Notes: generated by a model not told the origin, from the letters alone. A stretch of DNA of 32,338 bases from an uncultured Eubacteriales bacterium (GCA_963655625.1 CAVKFX010000003.1:1-32338); one strand, 5' to 3'. Counted from the first letter of the stretch, positions 24,645 to 32,079 are shown. Numbers and translations: made by a program.

Positions 24645-25814
24645 TTACTTCGTCTCCTCTCTGATCACGTTATAGATCTCCTCAGAGGTGTGGATCTGAC
24701 CTCTGTTCTTGGTGACGGGGACCACCGGGCACTTGCCGGCGGCCACCCGGGTGATTTCGTTGACATAGCGGCCCATATTCATTTCCACGGCAAAGATCCT
24801 GGAAACATTGCCGGCTACCTCCCGGATGGCCTTTTCGGGCACGGGCCAGATGTTGCACAGCTTCAGCACGCCCACCTTCACGCCGCTCTCACGGGCCATC
24901 TGGGCGGCCTCGATGGAGGGGCGGACCTCGCTGCCGTAGGTGACGATGGCGTAGTCGGCATCGTCCATCATGAACCGCTCGGTGCGGCAGATGTCGTCGG
25001 CATTTTCCCGGATCTTGCCGCACACACGGCGGTACAGCCGCTCAAAGTCGTCGGGATCCCAGTCGATGCCGCCGCGCTCATTGTGGGGGTTCAGGGAGTA
25101 GATGGTCTTATAGCCCTTGCCCAGGGGGGCGAAGTCGGGGCAGCCGTTTTCCGGCGCGCCGAAGGGGAGGTAATCCTCCGGGGCGGCGGTGGTATACTTG
25201 CGGTTGAAAAGCTCGATCTTGTCGGCGGAGGGGATCTCCAGGCGCTCACGCATCAGGGCGATGGTGGCCTCGGACATGACAATGACGGGGTTACGGTACT
25301 TTTCCGCCAGGTTGAAGGCCCAGATGGTGTAATCATACAGCTCCTGCACGGAGGAGGGGCACACCACAATGGCCTCATAGTCACCGCTGCAGCCATAGCG
25401 GAGCTGGTAGACATCCGCGTAGGTGGCGAAGTTGTCGCCCCGGGTACGCATAACATCGGCCACCACCACGGGCGCCTCGATGGTATAGCAGTAGCCCAGG
25501 CCCTCCTGCATGTAGTTAAAGCCGGCGCTGGCGGTGGCGGTCATGACTTTGCCGCCGGCCAGAGAGGCTCCGGCCAGAGCGAAAATGGAGCACAGCTCGT
25601 CCTCGCCCTGGACAAATTGACCGCCTACCTGCGGCAGCCGCTGGGACATACGCTCGGAAATTTCATTGGCGGGAGTGATGGGATAGCCGGCAAAGAAGTT
25701 GCAGCCGGCGCTGATGGCACCTTCCACAAGAGCATAGTTGCCAAGCATAAAATGCACGCCGCTGTCTACGCGCTTTTCCCATGCGTCCAGCTGATTGGCC
25801 CGAATGATCGACAT
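24645..25814 (-). CDS. 2-oxoacid:ferredoxin oxidoreductase alpha subunit
   Basis: GNYA, AGYPITPA, EDE, TATA..GF.YMQE, AEKYRNPV, YGS and VEMNMG motifs. Confidence 0.93.
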   Translation of the reverse strand: MSIIRANQLDAWEKRVDSGVHFMLGNYALVEGAISAGCNFFAGYPITPANEISERMSQRLPQVGGQFVQGEDELCSIFALAGASLAGGKVMTATASAGFNYMQEGLGYCYTIEAPVVVADVMRTRGDNFATYADVYQLRYGCSGDYEAIVVCPSSVQELYDYTIWAFNLAEKYRNPVIVMSEATIALMRERLEIPSADKIELFNRKYTTAAPEDYLPFGAPENGCPDFAPLGKGYKTIYSLNPHNERGGIDWDPDDFERLYRRVCGKIRENADDICRTERFMMDDADYAIVTYGSEVRPSIEAAQMARESGVKVGVLKLCNIWPVPEKAIREVAGNVSRIFAVEMNMGRYVNEITRVAAGKCPVVPVTKNRGQIHTSEEIYNVIREETK

Positions 25815-25875
25815 GGCATAATTCCTTTCTCTTTAAATAAGCTGGTCGGGTCTGTCACAGGATGAATAAAAAATA

Positions 25876-25900
25876 CTGTCGACAATATACAATCCGACAA
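25876..25900. promoter_or_regulatory. Tandem operator 2 (putative GntR/FCD site)
   Basis: cTGTCGACAAtatacaATCCGACAA, directly downstream of the promoter at 25905-25933. Confidence 0.72.
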
Positions 25901-25904
25901 GACA

Positions 25905-25933
25905 TTTATACATGAAAATAAGGAGGTTGTCAA
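25905..25933 (-). promoter_or_regulatory. Sigma-A promoter of the oxidoreductase operon
   Basis: Minus strand TTGACA-17 bp-TATAAA. Confidence 0.7.
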
Positions 25934-25946
25934 CCCTTTTCTTAAA

Positions 25947-25981
25947 CGGCGCTGCCGCAGAATATCTCTGCGGCAGCGCCG
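25947..25981 (-). terminator. Stem-loop / probable terminator after the D-aminoacylase gene
   Basis: Perfect 15-bp inverted repeat CGGCGCTGCCGCAGA-atatc-TCTGCGGCAGCGCCG with a short TTT tail on the minus strand. Confidence 0.7.
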
Positions 25982-26007
25982 CCGGTTCGATATGGATGTT
26001 TCAGGCT

Positions 26008-27531
26008 TTAGTTATTGACCTTGGTTTCGCCCAGCACCCACACACGGCGGATGCCCACGGGGGGGATGGCAGGCTCCAGATAGGAGTTGGCGGAGTTGAT
26101 GGTGGCCGGGTCGAACAGGACCAGGTCGGCATCCATGCCCCGGCGGATCAGGCCCCGGTCCCACAGACGCAGGCGGCGGGCCGGCTCGGAGGTGATGTGG
26201 CGGATGGCCTCCTCCAGAGGCATGACCTGCAGATCCCGGACATAGTGGCCCAGGAAGCGGGGGAAGGAGGCGTAGGCCCGGGGATGGGGATGCGCGCCCA
26301 TAATGCCGTCGGTGCAGACGCAGTGGGCGTCGCTCTTCATGACATAGATGACGTCGTCCTCGGAGATGGAGAAATAAATGGCGATGACCTCGGGGCCCTC
26401 GTGCTGCAGGATGTGCAGCACGGCGGTGCCCACCTCCATGCCCAGCTTTTCGCTGATGTAGTCCATCTTTTGGCCGGCCATCCAGGCGTATTCCTCCGTG
26501 GCGACGGAGGCCAGCATGATGCACTCGGCGCCGCCCCGGGCCTGGATCTCGTCCTGGGTCTCCTTGAGGATCTTCTGATAGGTGTCCGGATCCTTCAGGC
26601 GCTGCTGGAAGCCCTGCTCGCCGCCATCGTAGGCCCACTGAGGCACGCAGACCTTCAGCCCCGTGCAGGCGGCGGTCCAGGGGTACTGGTCCAGGGTCAC
26701 GTCGTAGCCCTGGGCGCGCATGGCGTTGATGGACGCCATGGACTGGTGGACCTTGCCCCAGTTCCGGGGGCCCAGGGCCTTGTGGTGGGAGATCTGCAGG
26801 CGGACGCCGCTCTCCCGGACGATGGTGTTCATCTCCTCCACGGACTCCAGGAGTTTGTCCTTCTCACTGCGCATATGCACCATGATGAGGCCGTCGTAGG
26901 CGGCCACCACCTTGGCCATTTCAATAAGCTCCGGGGTCTGGGCGAAGCTGCCGGGAGGATAGATAAGACCCAGGGACATGCCCTTGGCGCCCTGCTCCAG
27001 GCAGCGGGCCAGCAGGGCCTTCATCTGCTCCAGCTCCTGGGCGGTGGGCTCCCGGTTATCGTTGCCCATAACGTTCATGCGGATGGTGCCGTGGCCCACC
27101 AGGCCCACAAAGCGGGCGGAGGGATGGGCGTTTTCCACGGTCTGCTCATAGTCGGCGAAGGAGCGCCAGGTATAGGGGCCGGGGATGGTGCCGGCCAAGG
27201 GGGCCATGTTGTCGGCCAGCTCCTGGACCAGGTCGTCGGTCAGGGGCGCCACGGAGGAGCCGTCCTGGCCCAGAACTTCCGTAGTGATACCCTGCTGCAC
27301 CACCTGGGGCAGGGCGGGGTTGCGGATGAGCTCCAGCTCGTTATGGCTGTGGGTGTTGATGAAGCCGGGGGCCAAAGCCAGACCGGCGGCGTCCACCACC
27401 TCCCAATCGCTCTGGGGGGGGATGACACCGATCTGAGCGATGACGGAGCCGCCGATGAGAACATCGGCGTGGAAGGGCTTGCAGCCGGTGCCGTCATAGA
27501 CGGTGGCATTCCGGATCAAAGTTTTTTTCAA
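26008..27531 (-). CDS. N-acyl-D-amino-acid deacylase (D-aminoacylase) family protein
   Basis: DGTG, APGFINTHSH, QGITT, GLIYPPG, HMRSE, QISHHK, DQYPWTA, TDG, HPRAY.SFPR and ADLVLFDP motifs. AAAGGAGG SD precedes TTG 27531. Confidence 0.92.
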   Translation of the reverse strand: MKKTLIRNATVYDGTGCKPFHADVLIGGSVIAQIGVIPPQSDWEVVDAAGLALAPGFINTHSHNELELIRNPALPQVVQQGITTEVLGQDGSSVAPLTDDLVQELADNMAPLAGTIPGPYTWRSFADYEQTVENAHPSARFVGLVGHGTIRMNVMGNDNREPTAQELEQMKALLARCLEQGAKGMSLGLIYPPGSFAQTPELIEMAKVVAAYDGLIMVHMRSEKDKLLESVEEMNTIVRESGVRLQISHHKALGPRNWGKVHQSMASINAMRAQGYDVTLDQYPWTAACTGLKVCVPQWAYDGGEQGFQQRLKDPDTYQKILKETQDEIQARGGAECIMLASVATEEYAWMAGQKMDYISEKLGMEVGTAVLHILQHEGPEVIAIYFSISEDDVIYVMKSDAHCVCTDGIMGAHPHPRAYASFPRFLGHYVRDLQVMPLEEAIRHITSEPARRLRLWDRGLIRRGMDADLVLFDPATINSANSYLEPAIPPVGIRRVWVLGETKVNN

Positions 27532-27544
27532 TGAAAACGCCTCC

Positions 27545-27573
27545 TTTACATTTCTGACTGAGTGTGGTATGAT
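27545..27573 (+). promoter_or_regulatory. Sigma-A promoter of the M20-racemase-yczE operon
   Basis: TTTACA-17 bp-TATGAT with extended TG. Confidence 0.62.
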
Positions 27574-27578
27574 AAATA

Positions 27579-27602
27579 TGTCGAATACATACAGTCGACA
27601 AT
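27579..27602. promoter_or_regulatory. Tandem operator 3 (putative GntR/FCD site), shared by two opposed promoters
   Basis: TGTCGAAtacatacAGTCGACAAT; GTCGA cores 14 bp apart as in operator 1. Confidence 0.72.
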
Positions 27603-27614
27603 ATACGTAAGCAA

Positions 27615-27643
27615 AGGATACCACCCGGCTATAGTAAAGTCAA
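27615..27643 (-). promoter_or_regulatory. Sigma-A promoter of the D-aminoacylase gene
   Basis: Minus strand TTGACT-17 bp-TATCCT with extended TG. Confidence 0.6.
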
Positions 27644-27782
27644 GCAAAGACGTTCCAAATTTTAAGGAAATAATTCATCTTTTTCACAAAAAAACATCCG
27701 GCGCTTTGGACCGGAGAGCAAAAAGCACAGAGCGACCGGAGAAATAGGACCGCAACTTAAAATTTGAAAGGAGAATTGAGCA

Positions 27783-28931
27783 ATGGACGAGTACAGCGAA
27801 TTGTTTCAGTTATTAAAGAAAATGGTATCTTTCCCGTCTACGGACGGAAATGAAGCGGGCATCAGCGACTTCCTGGCGGAAAATGCCCGGGTTATGGGAA
27901 TGGACCTGGTGGAGCAGCAGGAGGCGCTGCCGGGCCTGAAAAACGTCATCGCCGTAAAGACCTTCGGCCGGGGCGGCAAGCGGATCGTGCTCAACTCCCA
28001 CATGGATGTGGTGCCCCCGGCGGACGGCTGGGATACGGACCCGTATGACCTGGTCATCAAGGGCGACCGGGCCTACGGCCGGGGTTCCACCGATGCCAAG
28101 GGCCCCCTGGCGTGCCTGACCATGGCGGTGAAGCGGATCATTGAGAACCCGGAGGGGGTCAACGGCACCATCGTATATACCGCCGTGGTGGACGAGGAGA
28201 GCCACTCCACCGGCGCCAGGACCCTGGTGAAGCACCCCCAGGTGTACGGCGACTACTGCATCGTGGGTGAGCCGACTCTCTCCCGGGTGGCGGTCAGCCA
28301 CAACGGCAGCCTGCGGCCGGTGATCGTGGCGGAGGGGCTGTCCGTCCATGCCTCCAACCCGGAGCTGGGCATCAACGCCATCCGCATTGCGGCCTACATC
28401 TCCCAGCTGGTGGATGAGATCGCAGATGAAATTTCCGGCATTGTGCATCCTGCAACGGGGAAGCCGTCCATTGCCATCACCATGATCTCCGGCGGCGTGC
28501 AGGAGAACGTGGTGCCCGACCGCTGCGAGATCACCATCGACCGGCGCATGGTGCCGGGGGAGGATGAACAGCAGCTGCGCCGGCGGTTTGACCGGCTGTG
28601 CCAGGAGGCCCAGGAGCATTTCCCCGGCAGCCGGGTCTATGTGGACCATTATCTGGTCACCACCGGCCCCGCAGCGGAGACCCCGGCGGACAGCGAGCTG
28701 GTGCAGACCGCCTTTGCCGCGGCTAAGGCGGCCGGCGGGGAGGACCAGGAGCCCTTCGGCCTGACCTGCAACACGGATATGAACCACTTTACCCGCGCGG
28801 GCATCCCCACGGTGATCATCGGTCCGGGGACCATTACGGTGGCCCACAAGCCCAATGAATACGTGGCTCTGGAGCAGCTGGAAAAGACCTGCGCCGTGGA
28901 TGAGGCGGTCATTCGGGCGCTGCTGAAATAA
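27783..28931 (+). CDS. M20A metallo-deacylase (ArgE/DapE-like)
   Basis: LNSHMDVV, GRGSTDAKG, VDEE, GEPT, HAS.P..G.NA, NVVPD, DRR and AHKPNE motifs. AAAGGAG SD. Confidence 0.92.
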   Translation: MDEYSELFQLLKKMVSFPSTDGNEAGISDFLAENARVMGMDLVEQQEALPGLKNVIAVKTFGRGGKRIVLNSHMDVVPPADGWDTDPYDLVIKGDRAYGRGSTDAKGPLACLTMAVKRIIENPEGVNGTIVYTAVVDEESHSTGARTLVKHPQVYGDYCIVGEPTLSRVAVSHNGSLRPVIVAEGLSVHASNPELGINAIRIAAYISQLVDEIADEISGIVHPATGKPSIAITMISGGVQENVVPDRCEITIDRRMVPGEDEQQLRRRFDRLCQEAQEHFPGSRVYVDHYLVTTGPAAETPADSELVQTAFAAAKAAGGEDQEPFGLTCNTDMNHFTRAGIPTVIIGPGTITVAHKPNEYVALEQLEKTCAVDEAVIRALLK

Positions 28932-28950
28932 GAGGAAGGGAGAGAGCGGT

Positions 28951-30102
28951 ATGTCTTGCGGTTTGGAAAATGCCAACACCGTGGTGACGGTGGACCTGGG
29001 AAAGGTGCGGCGCAACATTGAGCGCATCCGCAGCCATATTGGCCCCGATGTTGACATTATGTACACGGCCAAGTCCAACGGCTACGGCCACGGACTGATC
29101 CGGCCTACCCTGTTCATGCGCGACAAGTGCGGCATCCACTGCTTTGCCACCGGCCAGCTCAGCGAGGCGCTGGAGCTGCGGCAGGCGGGGCTGGAGGATT
29201 TCATACTGGTGCTGGGGGGCATCCCCTACAGCGGTGTGCCCGCCTTCGTGGCAAACGACCTGGTGGCCACGGTGTATGAGGATACGCTGCCCCGGGCACT
29301 GAATGAGGAGGCGGCCCGGCAGGGAAAACGCGTGCGGGTACACATTAAAATAGACACGGGGCTGCGGCGATTCGGCGTGCAGCCCGGCGAGCAGCTGGCG
29401 CACCTGATGGAGACGCTGCGGGGCCTGCCCTACCTGGAGATAGACGGAGTATATACCCATCTGGCCAACGGCTACTCTTTGGACAAATCCTTTACCCACC
29501 GGCAGATGGGCCTGTTCACCCAGGCACTGGAGCAGCTGAAGGCGTCGGGGATCCGGCCCCGGCTCGTCCACGCGGCCAATACGGCGGCCTGCGTGGCCTC
29601 CCCGGAGTGTTACTACGATGTGGTGCGCCTGGCGGCGCTGATCTTCGGCTATGACATCTCCCCCGGCATCCCCAACCGGCTGAGCCTGGAGCCGTCCATG
29701 CGCTGGACCAGCAAGATACTGAACGTGCTGTGGGCCGAGGAGGGCGAAAATGTCAGCTACTACCGGTTTTTTGTGCCCAAGCGCCCCACGAAGATCGCCA
29801 TCATCGGCTTCGGCATGGGCGACGGATATTACCGGGGCCTTGTGACCCGGGACACCGAACACAATGCCGACGTGCTGATCCACGGCCAGAGAGCGCGGTT
29901 GCTGGACCTGAACGTGGATGTAGCCTTTGCCGATGTGACGGACATACCCGACGTGCGGATCGGCGACACGGCGGTGCTCATCGGCCAGGACGGCCGGGAC
30001 GAGATCACCTCCATGGAACTGGGCGAAAAGGGCGGCACGTCCAACGGGCACATTTGCTGCTCCATCACCGGCCGCCCCCTGCGGTACTATATCAATGAGT
30101 GA
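28951..30102 (+). CDS. Alanine racemase-fold PLP enzyme with a divergent substrate pocket
   Basis: AKSNGYGHG (PLP Lys41), EALELR, HIKIDTGL.R.G, YTHLA, HAAN, VSY (Tyr270) and G.GDG motifs. Confidence 0.88.
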   Translation: MSCGLENANTVVTVDLGKVRRNIERIRSHIGPDVDIMYTAKSNGYGHGLIRPTLFMRDKCGIHCFATGQLSEALELRQAGLEDFILVLGGIPYSGVPAFVANDLVATVYEDTLPRALNEEAARQGKRVRVHIKIDTGLRRFGVQPGEQLAHLMETLRGLPYLEIDGVYTHLANGYSLDKSFTHRQMGLFTQALEQLKASGIRPRLVHAANTAACVASPECYYDVVRLAALIFGYDISPGIPNRLSLEPSMRWTSKILNVLWAEEGENVSYYRFFVPKRPTKIAIIGFGMGDGYYRGLVTRDTEHNADVLIHGQRARLLDLNVDVAFADVTDIPDVRIGDTAVLIGQDGRDEITSMELGEKGGTSNGHICCSITGRPLRYYINE

Positions 30103-30826
30103 GCGGGTGAGCGCGCCTGTGCTGGCACGCCGGTACAGCGCTAAGCTGCTGCGGATGGTCATAGGCTTCAGCTTCATTGCCCTGGGTGTGGTGATCGCCA
30201 AGCAGTCCTACTGCCTGTCCCCCTGGAACGTGCTCAATGACGGCCTGGCCTATACATTTCCCATTACCATCGGCCAGGCCAATATCACCGTGGGCATGAC
30301 CATACTGGTTATAAACCTGTTGTTTCTGCACGAGACCTTCGGCGTGGGAACGGTACTGAATATATGGCTGGTGGGCGTTATTACGGACCTGCTGATGAAG
30401 CTGAACGCTGCCTGGGACATTCTGCCCAAGATCCACTCCGTGCCGCTGCAGATCCTTTGCTGCCTGGTATCACTTATATGCAATGCCCTGGGGATCTATT
30501 TCTACATGTCCGCCCGGATGGGGGCGGGACCCCGGGACACGGTGATCGTATTTCTCACCAAGCATCTGCCGCTGCCGGTGGGGCTGTGCAAGCTGCTGCT
30601 GGAGGCTGCGGCGTGCCTGGTGGGCTGGCTCATCGGCGGCGAGGTGGGCATCGGTTCGCTGATCTCCGTTTTTTGCGGCGGGCCGATCCTGCAGCAGGTT
30701 TTTCGCCTGTTCCGTTTCCAGGTGAAGCAGCTTCGGGGTGAGAATATAACCGATACATGGCAAATTCTCCGGGGAAAAAGATTGCCGCCGGAGATGGAAA
30801 TAACGGCGGAAACTACGGGAAAATGA
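30095..30826 (+). CDS. YczE/YyaS/YitT-like membrane protein
   Basis: Hydrophobic throughout; SPWNVL..G, GVGT.LN, GAGPRD and GG.VGIG motifs. Overlaps the racemase stop. Confidence 0.85.
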   Translation: MSERVSAPVLARRYSAKLLRMVIGFSFIALGVVIAKQSYCLSPWNVLNDGLAYTFPITIGQANITVGMTILVINLLFLHETFGVGTVLNIWLVGVITDLLMKLNAAWDILPKIHSVPLQILCCLVSLICNALGIYFYMSARMGAGPRDTVIVFLTKHLPLPVGLCKLLLEAAACLVGWLIGGEVGIGSLISVFCGGPILQQVFRLFRFQVKQLRGENITDTWQILRGKRLPPEMEITAETTGK

Positions 30827-30844
30827 TTTGTTTTTTGCCAGCTG

Positions 30845-30873
30845 TTGACAAAGTATACAGAAAAGGTTAGAAT
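30845..30873 (+). promoter_or_regulatory. Sigma-A promoter of the GntR gene; the -35 lies within an operator-like TGTTGACAA
   Basis: TTGACA-17 bp-TAGAAT; context cTGTTGACAAAGTATACAG. Confidence 0.7.
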
Positions 30874-30934
30874 GGAAAATGGAAATCAGGACCAATCTCA
30901 GAAATAATCACGGCCTGTAAATATAGGTGTAGTA

Positions 30935-31639
30935 ATGTTTGAAAACCAAAATTTAGGAAGCAAGCCTTCTCTGAAGCAGCTTGTATACGAAAATCTGCAA
31001 AATATGATCGTGCAGGGAAAGCTGGAGCCCGGTGAAAAGCTCATCGAGGACGACCTGGCCCAGGCCATGCACATCAGCCGTGCGCCGATCCGCGAGGCCA
31101 TCAGCATGCTGGAGCGGGACGGGTTTGTCCGCATCATCCCCCGAAAGGGTGCCATCGTTGCGGAGGTATCGGAGAAGGACGCCATGGACATTTGGAAGTG
31201 TCGCCTGGCTTTGGAGCCTTTTGCCGCCAGAGAGGCCATGCCCCATATCCCCAAGGAGGAGCTGGAGGCGGCGCTGAAGCGCATCGGCAAGATCGAGAAG
31301 GACTACTCCTTTGAGGAGTATGTGGCTTCCGACCTGGAGGTGCATGGGCTGTACTATGGGCATCTGGACAATGAGTACATGAAGTCCATCCTCAACAATC
31401 TGAAGGCACACTCGATCCGGGTGCGCTGGCTGAAAGAGGTCAGAAACAGCTTTACGGATATGTCCCGCAGCTCTATCCGGGAGCACAGGCAGATCATAGA
31501 GGCCTTTCTCAGCGGGGACGGCGACCGGGTCTATAACACGGTGCAGCAGCACATTCTCAACAGTGCCGCCCGGCTGAAGGATCCCGGCGACAGCATCTTC
31601 TGCCCATCAGCGCCTAAGACGATAGAGCAAAAATCATAA
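30935..31639 (+). CDS. GntR family transcriptional regulator with FCD domain (FadR subfamily)
   Basis: wHTH L.PGEKL.E..LA....SRAPIREA...LE..G.V...PRKGA.V; FCD motifs R..LE, D..H, N and EH..I..A..H. Confidence 0.93.
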   Translation: MFENQNLGSKPSLKQLVYENLQNMIVQGKLEPGEKLIEDDLAQAMHISRAPIREAISMLERDGFVRIIPRKGAIVAEVSEKDAMDIWKCRLALEPFAAREAMPHIPKEELEAALKRIGKIEKDYSFEEYVASDLEVHGLYYGHLDNEYMKSILNNLKAHSIRVRWLKEVRNSFTDMSRSSIREHRQIIEAFLSGDGDRVYNTVQQHILNSAARLKDPGDSIFCPSAPKTIEQKS

Positions 31640-31645
31640 CGGATC

Positions 31646-31690
31646 ATGCGCCGCCTGTCCCGGCAAACGCGGGACAGGCGGCGCATTTTT
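31646..31690 (+). terminator. Intrinsic terminator after the GntR gene
   Basis: 17-bp inverted repeat ATGCGCCGCCTGTCCCG-gcaaacg-CGGGACAGGCGGCGCAT followed by TTTT. Confidence 0.85.
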
Positions 31691-31821
31691 GGGGACTTCC
31701 TGTTATGATGCTTTGGCACGGCAAAAAGCCGGCCGTGCGAAAGGAAGCCGTACAATTCACCGGCGATAGGGGGAGTTCGGAAAAATTTGCAAATAGACGG
31801 AGAGTTTTTTCGTGCGGCGGC

Positions 31822-31850
31822 TTGAGAAAGACAATGCTATATGCTATAAT
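31822..31850 (+). promoter_or_regulatory. Sigma-A promoter upstream of ychF
   Basis: TTGAGA-17 bp-TATAAT with extended TG. Confidence 0.72.
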
Positions 31851-32079
31851 TTATATGTAATAGTGCGTCCCTTTTTCGCAGGCGCGGAGGGGATGTACCT
31901 GATCCCTGTTTATATAAGCACTGAAATGAAGCGGGGGGCGGGCTGTGGAGCTATTTGAATCAAGGGGGTTTCCGATATAAAAGCCCATGCGAAAATGGTG
32001 TAAAAATGGCGTAAACCGAAAATGCCGGATCGCAGAAGCCTCTGATAAATCAGGATTTTTTAAGGAGATGTAGAGATAT

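Noticed and set aside
31714..31750. GGCAAA...GAAAG stretch as a c-di-GMP-I riboswitch
   Set aside because: It lacks the ordered GGCAAAC..GAAA..GACGCAAAGC architecture and second stem; only a short GCACGGC/GCCGTGC hairpin is present.
8873..31820. The catabolic island as an active mobile element
   Set aside because: No integrase, transposase or flanking direct repeat was seen at either edge, and coding GC looks similar to the flanking genes. Its accessory status needs comparative genomics.
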